Of a stretch of 64,000 nucleotides of DNA, positions 53,201 to 64,000 are shown piece by piece. The stretch comes from Trichinella spiralis. Its lineage: Eukaryota. The first letter of the stretch is position 1. Each line of letters starts with the position of its first letter. Position numbers and translations under genes: made by a program. Where the stretch lies: NCBI RefSeq assembly GCF_000181795.1, contig NW_003526940.1, positions 3,199,293 to 3,263,292 of the forward strand. The letters run 5' to 3'. The notes beneath the pieces were generated by a model that worked only from the letters and a program-made list of their open reading frames with translations, was not told where the DNA came from and did not search any database.

Positions 53201-55330
53201 TCTCCATAAATAAATAAACTGAAAATAAATTTTCAATTAAAGAATTACAATATTAATTTTGATAACTTCTATTATTATAAATTTATTCAAGTGCTAAAAG
53301 TGAGGAAATTAACCACTTTTTTTTCCAACTTTTTCATTCAACTTCATGTTCCATGTGCTCAGAAGAAGAAATTAGTGAAGTTATTAGCCCAATTTAAAAA
53401 TAAAATTTAGAACATAAACTTCAGAAATTTTGTCTCTTGGCCGAATTCATATTTCCCTTCTAAAACTAGACCACGTGTTGAAAGAAAGGAAATCCAAATT
53501 GATCGCTTGAACACTACCATCAACAGCAGATGAATGAATCATTTCTATTCTTCAATCGAAGAAATATACACTTTCAATAATGAAAAAAAAACAGGAAATT
53601 CTCATTTCACTGTCGAACCACACCGTAATCAAAAGTTAATTTTCTTTTAATTTAATATATACAAAAAAATGAAAAAGAAAAGAAATTAAATTTATAAATG
53701 AAATGACAATCAAGCAATTTTCCATATCAAATGTTCATTTTATTCAGTAACTTTTTCTAAAACTTCTTCCTAAAGATTCGATGGAAAAAATTTGAATGTT
53801 CACATGTAATATCGACCGAGCAAAAAATTAATTTTAATTTTATAAAGTATTTCAACGGGCTTGTTGCTCATAAATGAATCTGTCAAAGTGAATTTGAAAA
53901 GGAAATTATCGAACCCAACCAAGGACATTCGGGCTTCTGTGTTCCGAAATAACCTTCTTATTTATGTCGTTTTTTTATGTTTCATGATCCTAATATTCAA
54001 TAATTGCTTTTTCCTAGATAATAAGGAAAAATAATAATAAAACAGCAGCTGAATTTTGAAAAAAAAATTTTTTTTCCCATTTGTGATGTCATTTAAGATT
54101 TATTTCATTGATTAGAGAAATAGATCGTTGTGAAGAATTTTGGAAAACTGAAAATTATCCAGCAGAGCTTGAAAAGATTGCATCAACGATTCAACCAACT
54201 CTGCAGATTGAACAGTTTGCAAAGTTGCACCACAAATGCTGAATAAAACACAAACAGACAGATGTGTATTTAGGAAAATCAAAATCAAAATCGCAGCTGT
54301 TCGAGAAATGTAAGCTGAAACGACTGCACCAAGTGCACAGCTATCATGCGGACTAAACTGCTGCTCAACAACAATTATACTGCACAAATGAAAACATCGA
54401 AGAACCAATTTTTCATAAAACCGGCCTAAGCAAGAGCAAAACAGAACAAGAAAAAACAAAATAAACAAGATCCAATCATCTCAAAGAAAGAAGACAACAA
54501 CAACAACAACAACAACAAAATGCAAAAGCATTAAAATATGCTGCCAACTTACGTCGATCGATTCATTTAAATCCACACTTCCTGACCGGTCGTCGTCCAT
54601 TTTTCTGTGCAGCAATTTAATCGCCTCATACCCGAAAGGGTCTTCAATTTTACTTCTGTTCATTTCACCCGCATCTACAGCACAACACATTTATAAATAG
54701 AATCAACAATCTATTTACATAATAAGCAAGTAGAAACGGTCATCAATCAACAAAAGGGTGGAGCAAAATTTAATGACAAATAACACCAAATGTGCTGACA
54801 AACACTGCTGAACTGTTCAAGAGAATTTTGGCGGCCAAATCGAGCAAAACCTTTTTTTCTAATTAAACTGAACAACATGAATCAGTGGAAAATAAGACTA
54901 ACAGGCCGCATTATTCACATATTTACACAATCGAACGTGTTCGGCGTTTTCATCCAGACTGCATCAGAAAATGCTGCTTTCAGCCTGTTTTAAACGATCG
55001 CCGTCGTCGTTTGCGTTGGCGTATAAAAGGAATGAACAAAAACAAACCAGCTCATATTATTCATTACACGTCAACATTTACTACTTGAAAAATTCACAAA
55101 AATTCATTTTTCATATCAAGTATTATTACTAAATCAATTTATCAATAAATAAATAGATAAATAAATGTAAAACTACATATATTACCACAATTATTCTCAA
55201 ACAACAATATATTTCATAAATAGGACATACCTAAAACGTCTTCAAAATTTTCTTCGCACACAACATTGCCAAATGGTAAAAAATTCAACAGCAAAATGTA
55301 TACAGTGCACTTCAAAAATAACGATCGCAT
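50231..55330 (-). CDS. STIM1: Stromal interaction molecule (ER Ca2+ sensor)
   Basis: Signal-peptide exon from ATG 55330. EF-hand [49 protein letters not shown] and [39 protein letters not shown] end [15 protein letters not shown], polybasic tail [13 protein letters not shown]. About 12 exons. Confidence 0.92.
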
Positions 55331-58300
55331 ATTTCAATTGGAAATCAATTCACTACGGAATGCATCCTTTGCTTCGCAGTCTAGCTTCTAACGCAATAAA
55401 TCGATGCTTCTAACGGTACAGTACAGTCAGACGACAGTTAAACAAATAGTACAGCCTGGCCTATAGTAAAATTTCACTGAACAATACAATCACACGACAT
55501 CCGGAAACTGCGAACTCTTTCGCTACGTAGCACTTCAGTCTCTTTCAAAACTAAACCTTACTGTATAAGATGTGCAAGTACATATCAACTACAGAACAAT
55601 TCAAAGCAATTTTAGCTTCATTTAAATTAAATAACGTTCAATATGCAAATAAAAACACAATTTGATAATTATTGACTGACTAACGATTAAAATAAAAAAA
55701 TGCAATGTCGAAATTTAAAACACTAATTGTATTACGACCTAAGATGCCACGAGATTTACCAAATGATTACAATGATCCAATTAGTTAAATAACAACAAAC
55801 AAACAATTAGCTCAACTTCAATCACAACCTTTCTACCTTCTGAAGAGATGGTTTTTCCAACTTAAAACTTCAACAAAAATTATAATCACTTTTCACATTT
55901 TTGACAAAAGCTCAACATCTGACTAATTTATTGAAACATACAAAACAGTAAAACAATTTCCCTGATCAATGAACTTTCGGCACTGTTGCACAAACAACAG
56001 TCATGTAATTGCGCATATCACAGTTTTCAATTGTACAGCTGAGATGAGCCATGAGAACAGATAATATTAAAATTTCAGCGCTCTGCAAAGTAAAACTTTT
56101 AAAAAATAATAATTAAAGTAAAATTAATCAGATTCGATTTTCAACAATTTTTTCCAGCATAGGACTGAAAGTCATCATCTTTCATGCGTTGTCACCTGGA
56201 TAATCAGCATATCAAATTATTTTCTCTATTTAACAATTAATTCACTTAATAAAATCAAAATTAACATTAATAAAATATTAAAGAAACATAAATTTTGTTA
56301 ATTAAATATAACTTGATAAATTAACTGGTGAGAGAAATATGTATTTCGTAAAAACGCATTTCTTTTTATAAATTTTACATACAAAAAATATTTTAATCTA
56401 TTGACCTTGTTCATATATCTGCGCCTGTCTTTTCAACTGATTCATCCTTGTCACCATTCTACACAGCTCTATTCACATTCCAAAAAAGAATGTGAATTTA
56501 GTGTAATATAAAAAATCACATCTTTTCTTTCGTATTCGGCAAACCATAGCAGAAATATTCATCATTGTCAAGCATTCATTCAAGCAAAATCGTGCTCAGG
56601 CCAAATGAAAATCTATCAATCATAAATAAACATATATATATATATATGCATTGCAACTTGCATTGATAGAAATAAACCTAAGAACTATACAACTGTCAGA
56701 GTTTTAAATTTCAACATTATAAAGTCAGAGTTGAATTGTAAAGCATCATACATGAAACAATACATGAAATGAAATATATATATATATATATAACACACCT
56801 AATACACTAGTACAGCAAACGTGGATTGTCGAATAGCAAGCCATCTTCATCTACAATACAAATTTTACAATCATTATCCATGTTAAAATAATTTAATATA
56901 AAAAATATCCATGAAAATGTTCACCTAATACAACAATATCATACAAATAATACATGATAGAGCAAAGATTCATATTAGAATCAAATTTATATTGAGCAGA
57001 TTATAAACTGAAATCATGAAACAATATTTTCAGACTAAAAATTCAATCAGAAAAAATATTCATATAATTGCAATTTTTCCATTTTAATTTAGTTATATTA
57101 GAGATAAGTTTGTTTTTTATACTGAAAAACAATCAGTAATAAATAGTCCATTCTATATAATAATAAGTTGGAAAACAAACTCATTCATTCATTCATTTTT
57201 TCTTTCTTTAATATCATATGAAAGATAACAACGTTGTTGACAAAAGATGCTCAAAAAAACACACCTACCATAATAAGCTGAGTTGGAATAGAACAATTAG
57301 ATGATAGTAAAATGATTAATAGGTACAATTTAGTTTTTGAAGCAAATAAATTAAATTTATGTAAAGTAACAGGAGAAAAAAATATTTCAAGCAACTAAAT
57401 AATATTATTTTTCAATATTTTAAATAAATCTCAACTTTCGATTGAGCTAATCAAAAAAAAAGAAATGCAGCACAATTTTCGTCGTAAATTTCAATTGAAA
57501 ATTAATCAATTTAAGAATTAAATGACGCAAAGTAAACAATTTTTTCTTGCTTTTTGTTGGTCATACTTATAATAAAATTCTATTTTTGAATAAACTGACA
57601 TTAAACTGTCAAAAGAAATAGCACAACCAAAAAGTGAAATTATGTAAAGCAGTTTCTTAAACTATTTTTTGCTTCAATAAAAAAATGACACATAATTTTT
57701 TTTATATTTATTGTATAGTTGTTTTGGATGAAAATTTAGATGAAAAAGCTATTTGAGAAATTTATTTTTAATTGATGATTGTAATTATGAAATGGACCAA
57801 ACTGAAAATCTGCCCAGTGATCAGTTTGGTGGAAAATTAATATAAATGTTGTGTTAAACAATGAAAAGCATTTTTGACAGATTAATCTAGGCCATGCTCA
57901 AGGGTCGCTTCAGAACAACAAACTGTGGTTCAGAATCATCGTTTACTCAAGGTCCAATCAATCAGGAGCCCGACATTAGACTCACCGAAGAGAAGCGTTT
58001 TCAAGTGACCTTTTTGACCGTTTTCAAAAGTGTTTTCATCAAATGCTGCCAAGAATTGCTACTTTCAATGTGTTGCATTTTTTTACCATCATTCAAACAA
58101 CTCGATTAAATGACAAATAAATAAAAGGTCAATTCCAAAAATTAGAAAAATAAATTCATAAATTTAAAAAGTTATTCCTTCTATTCAATTTAAATTTTAC
58201 CAGTTCTATACATATATATATACAATATGAACTTTGTAAAAGCAAGTGAATAAAATTAAAAATGCTATTTTTGAATTAATTTAAGCATATTGCAGTAAAT

Positions 58301-59449
58301 GTTGCATACTTTGCATTTTATTATTATAATCTGTATAAATTTTCATGAAAAACATTTTTCATTTTGTTGATTTTTTGAAAAAAAAGAATTAATCGAACTT
58401 TATTTTTGAAAATAGTATTCTGAATTTAAAGATACCTTTAATTTTAATGAAATATATGTGCTTTTTTTGATATAATTATTTGTACATGTTATTTGTTTAA
58501 ATAATCTCAAGTTATCAATTAATTATACATACCTACATACATATATATATTTGTACGTATGTATGTGCACATTTATTTATTAAGAAAAAAACTTTATTTT
58601 TAGAATATATTTCCATTAAAGTGCACCATTTTTTAAAGTTGAATTTGAAAAATAAAATAAGCTTAGTATAGTTGTGAGTTTGGTTTGATTTTGAAATTTC
58701 GAACCAAGCGGAAATGCGGATCACTTGCGGATAGATCATCGTACAGAGACAATGATAGCACAGAGAGAAGCTGGTTAAGAATTTGTCCGGCTTTCTGCGG
58801 TCGCGTTTGTTGTAAAGTTTCCATTGCATTGTTTCGGTCATTGAACATATTGCATGTTACGCTGTTGAAATTCCATTCAATGCTAGCAACAAGCCAGCTT
58901 CTGCTGGAAGCATAAATAAACAGTATTCCAATTTGATTGCTCACATGTAGACAGATGGACGTTGCTTGTGTGAAAAGCAAATGAATATATGGTAAAAATA
59001 GGCACTAGTAGAGGAGGACGGTGATCGTTTGTTGTTTGACAAATGAAATGCTTTAGCAATGAAAGTTTTCTTCACGTCGCAAAAGAAACTAGCCCAACCT
59101 GGGGCTATTTTGGCTAGCTTGCAAAATTGAGGACGAAAGCCAAGCCGGTCGTACGCCTGTAAGTGAAGATTCGGCGGAATTTTTGACTTTCACTACACGT
59201 GACTGTTTTGCGGATTCAAATACAACCAAAGCAAATAAGCAGTTTTCGTTTTAAGGATGATGCACCAGGCGGTTGGATCTCGAAGCTGACCTGTCTGTCC
59301 CTGGGGTCGGTGTCAAGTAGCCTGTTTGTGAACTTCGGGTTGAGCAGCTTCAGCTCAGCCTGACACCTCGAAGCTTAAATATTTAAACTCAGAACGTTGA
59401 AAAAAGTTCGTCTACCAAACGTCACTTTATCTTGCCCTGTATCGTCGCA

Positions 59450-62220
59450 ATGAGCCGACCACGCTCATCATTTCTGTTCTTCCACTTCATCAGCATGGTA
59501 ATTTTCACTTTTTTATCTGTTGCTTCTATAGTTTTATTTATTTTAAATTATTAATTATTATCACTGTCAACGTTCATTGTTCATTATCCATTTGATGTTT
59601 CTTTTTGTATCACATTGTATGAATTATGTTTTTTTTTGCTTGCAGCTAATCCATGTGATTTGTTCTCAGTTGCTCAGAGGTAATATATTCAAAAGACCGT
59701 TTCCAATATCGCTTATTATTATTATTACGTCATTTACAGATAGAAGTGTAGAATGTAGCAGTGAACAGATTACCGTAGATCTGGACTTTGCACACCCATT
59801 CAGCGGCGTTGTTTTTGCTAACAAATTTTACCAAACACCAGATTGCCGTTGGGAAGGTGACGGCTCGCATCATTTGAAAGTTGTCCTCCAATTGAATCCC
59901 AACCCGGCTAAACAGCCCTACTGTGGTGTCGAACATACTGAAGTATGTAAATTTAATAACCAACAGTCATATTCATTTAAAGATTTCAAAAAATACGACA
60001 ATTCAAGATGATAAAACTATGGTTCATTTATGACAAGTTATAGGTCACCAAAATTGAAATTCCATTAACCAGTTTCACTTTTCAATGCGCTTTTATATTT
60101 ATTTCATATTCTCTACATTTCGAGCATTTAAAAATTTTCAAGCATACAAACATCATATTATAATGTTACCAAATATTTTAAACAAAAATTTCTGCTCCTA
60201 TTGCTTTATATTTGAAATAAATTTTTGGTTTTTTTATTTACAATAATAATAATAATAATAATAATGCTTGTAATATTAAAATTACTATATTGTAGAATTT
60301 TCAAATGATCACTTTTTTAATTCAGTTCAGTGAAAAAATAAAATGCTTATGAAGAAGCAGAGCTTATTAATAATAAAGTGAATAAAATCAACCTTGACAA
60401 TCAAGCAATTGAATGAAATTAAAAACATTTTTTCAATAGTTGCTTTCATTTTTTATTACTTATAAATTTAAATAATTGATCTATAATTGATAACAATAGA
60501 GTTCATTTTTATTTAAGTTCTTATGGAATTATTTTGAATAAATTTTTTGTTTATGGACAAGAAATTGATCAGTTAATTGAAATGTACAATTATTATTCAA
60601 GTCATAAAATGCAATAAATCAAAAGTTTTTGAAGGTTATTCTTTCATACAGTAATTTTTTTGTAAATTGAAGTTGTAAGATGTATATTTTTATTGTTTAT
60701 TTGACAGCTTAAAACTGCCTGTTTTCCATATAATTAAAATAAATAATTTTTTTCTTTCTTCCAGCATCACTCGCTTGAAATGAATCAAATCACTTTTGAA
60801 AAGCCTTTGACAGCATAAATAACTTGTTATGCTTCCTCAAGTCCTGTTTTTTTTTGAAGAAAATGAACGTCAATTTTCTTTCTTTGCCTTAATATAAATT
60901 TCACATTTTAAATATAATAAAGATTTTTATGACTTATTTGTTAATATTTTTTTGAAAGAAATCATCATCTAAGATTAGAATGTTTAAGACTGACGGAGAA
61001 TATGGAATAACGCTTGTGCTAAGCCCCATGAGAGATCTACTTGTTGAAGGTATGGAAGGTTTGACTGTTCGTTGTGAATACAATATGGATGACATCACGT
61101 TAACTTTGCCTTCGGGAATAAATGGACCCGGAATTTTGATTAGGCAATTTTAATTGTAATTTCATTAATTAATGCTATATATTTATTTATTTGTCTATTT
61201 ACAGTCCACGCACTTACGCTGATGTAGTGACGGGAAGTGGAGGCGCCCCGCTTTTGAAAATGGTAATCCGTGATGGTCACGGTGTCCAAGGCAGTGTAAT
61301 TGATGCTGTGCACGTTGGACAGCGGATAACGTTGGATGTTATCATGGAAGATACTTGTAAATTCTTTGAAATATTCGAATAGAAGCTTTTTCAATTTACA
61401 CTTCTTTTTTTTAGCAATTTATGATTTCTACGTTCACGATTGTTATGCTCACGATGGGATGAATATTCCAGAGGCCAGCATTGGTATTATTGATCAAGAT
61501 GGGTAAGTAAATTTTCTATTTTTCCAATTTTTTTTCTAGTATATGAGTTATATTTTAAAATAAACTTTTCAGATGTGCAATACGCTTAAGTCGCGCAGTT
61601 GATGTACCGACGTTCAGCACAACACAAGCCGGTACAGGTGCAAAACACGTATTCATTCATATGTATGGTTTTCAATTTACAACATCCCAACTGGTGTACA
61701 TTCAATGCCAAGTTCGACCTTGCCTGCAAACCTGTAACAGGCCGGTGAGTGATGTTCCTGATGAACCGTCTATGCTAATTGGCAAAAAAAAAGAGAATTG
61801 TAAAAAATATTTTAGCAATGTCAAGTCAACATCAGCAATACGACGTTGCATTTGAGAAAAAAACGTGAAACGATGCCTGAATCATTTGCATTGGCTGAAA
61901 ATTACAATTTGACTGCCGTTATTCGCATTGAACCTCAAAAATTGCAGCCAATCATGCCCTCCAATTCCCAAGAACTGATCCAACCAAACGGTAATTAATA
62001 CTTTTGTTGACGTATTTGCATATTGATTATTTATTTTTTAGAAAAAAAAGAACTCTGCGTCGACTTGACTACTGTTATATTAGTATTGATTGTATTTGCC
62101 ATAATTTGTGTTCTGTCACTCTGTATTACCATCTACTTGTGCCACAGAGTGCAAGTACCCTCAAAAGACAAGTTCAGCTATTACACGCCTTCTATTACTT
62201 CTAGCACATATTCGTATTAA
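59450..62220 (+). CDS. Cuticlin-like ZP-domain protein with a C-terminal transmembrane segment
   Basis: About 9 exons. VECSSEQITVDLDFAHPFSGVVFANKFY...C, TVRCEY, VHVGQRITL, FYVHDCYAHDG, IIDQDGC, YGFQFTTSQLVYIQCQVRPC, furin-like RKKR and TM VILVLIVFAIICVLSLCITIYL. Confidence 0.88.
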
Positions 62221-62616
62221 AAATATGTAAATAATGAATCAATTGCTAAATAATAAAAGAAAACAAATAAAATATTACAAATTCACATATTCTATTCAAA
62301 TTATGATCAGAATGATTCATTTTTATTTCTTTTACAAAAAAATATTTAAAATTTATTGTTTTTGATAAAATTTACAAAAGAAATTTAAATTTTTATGCAA
62401 CTTTTATTTTTTCATCATTTTCATTTCATTCACTTTCTAACTGAATATATATAGACGACATTCATTTTAACATTAACAAACAAACAAATTGATCAATTGA
62501 TCGATTTGAAAAGCTTTCATCAATAATGTTGTAATTTGCTTTGTATTTTCAGTGTATTTTCTAAAAAAATGTGTAAAACTTTTGCAACAAGCATGATTGA
62601 TATTTAAAAATTTCCA

Positions 62617-63967
62617 CTATGCGAAAAGATCCGCACTTTCAGGCAGTTGGACAATCGTTTTCGGTGAAAAATCTTTCCGCTTAACCAAAATCGACTTGGA
62701 ATTGACAGTGGAAAGATTTTCACTCTTCGGAATTTCCAAATTGCGTCGAACTTTGGATCTAACATTGATACAAGGTTCCTAAAAAGAATTTTTTGTGTTT
62801 TTTTTCAATTTTTAAAATTAATATTCAAAATCCTATACTGGGTAACTGCAAGTATCGCAGAAATCGACGGTGCAAACAAAATTCACGTCCTCAGATTGTG
62901 GAAAACGAAATGCATTTATATGCATATAATAGACAGTACTGTGCTCTGTTTTTGTTCGCATCATTCGTTCAGAAATAGTTGCTTGTAAAGCACATCTAAA
63001 TTATTGGACATAAAATGACAATAATTTGAAACGATTAAATTTCTCACCCATCCGCGTCAATTAAATCAACTTTATTTGTTTTAGTACCATCGTGTGCATA
63101 GCAGCTATGTACAAACATTTTATAATCTTCTAAAGTGACGTCGTGAAATATGTATGTGAAATAAATTATTCGACAATACTTTTATCCATCAGTGGACCAC
63201 TGATTACTAAAGTTATTGGTTGACCCAAGTCAACCGCTTTACTGACTGGTTTTCCAGAAATTCCTCTGCCTTCCAAAACGCTTACCGTAGTTTCATAACG
63301 CGGCATTTCAGTAGCAGTAGCCTCTCCACTAATTGTCAGTTTTGGAATACTTATTGTCCTAAAAACTTCATTTTTAAAAGTTTTATTTTCTTAAAAATTT
63401 TAATTAAATTAACTGAACATAAACTTTGTGATCCTGTTGATATTCATTTACAATTGGCTGTCGGATTTCCTGCTGTCCAGGTGATCTTTCATGGCATATG
63501 AATACATATCGCCGATCACCAGCAGTCATTTGACTTTTATCCAACTGAACATAAATGTCATTTTCAATGTGTGAAACTTTCTAGAATTAAAAATCAAATC
63601 TTAATAATCAATATTACACCTATCAAATCAACATATATGTATATAGTGTTCATTTTTCAATTCAGTTCATCGGGTTCAAGAAATGGACTTTTAGTATTAA
63701 ATAATATTTTTTGTAGAATAATTAAGTCATAATTTTTGTTTTATGCTAAACGCAAACAAAATAAACTTACATTTGCTAAATTTTTTTTGATGATTGTTCC
63801 ACAGTAAAAGTTTGGAATTTGAAAAAGAATCTGTTGCTCTCCGTAGCTGTTGTAATAAACACATTCTGCGCGGTCGCCGTATCCATTTGAAAATATTTTT
63901 CCATTAAACGGATTGTGAAAATGGAACTTGGCCAAAATTCCATTTGATGAACACTGAACGCTAACGT
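62617..63967 (-). CDS. Second cuticlin-like ZP-domain protein; 5' exon(s) lie beyond the window
   Basis: VQCSSNGILAKFHFHNPFNGKIFS...C...CG, MFVHSCYAHDG, LIDADG, AYKCISFST, VCTVDFCDTC and a KVRR cleavage-like site, then TAG at 62617. Confidence 0.85.
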
Positions 63968-64000
63968 CTAAAAACATTTTTTACTACTAATAAAAATTAT

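Noticed and set aside
54112..55088. ORFs inside STIM introns as possible alternative exons or nested genes
   Set aside because: No consistent splice phase or homology could be established.
60036..60047. TAGGTCA nuclear-receptor half-site in a cuticlin intron
   Set aside because: A single short match with an imperfect 5' extension is expected by chance.

Overview
AT-rich, intron-rich eukaryotic DNA, inferred to be from a Trichinella-like clade I nematode (short introns, cuticlin genes, expanded DNase II/plancitoxin-like family). All gene models were spliced by eye. In order: 5' end of Nup98 (-); a compact co-oriented trio of SAM carrier SLC25A26, SpoU methyltransferase MRM3 and ADAT3 (+, operon-like); a PP1-like phosphatase with degenerate catalytic motifs and a GC-AG intron; a troponin I gene (-) with three tandem alternative two-exon 3' modules; a decayed BEL/Pao LTR retrotransposon; Lys-rich membrane-anchored or repeat ORFs in a duplicated block with two assembly gaps; three intact DNase II-like genes lacking both catalytic His plus one pseudogene, with signs of gene conversion; a piggyBac fossil; an intronless Sts/UBASH3-like histidine phosphatase; STIM (-); and two convergent cuticlin/ZP genes. 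No rRNA, tRNA or CRISPR array was seen.
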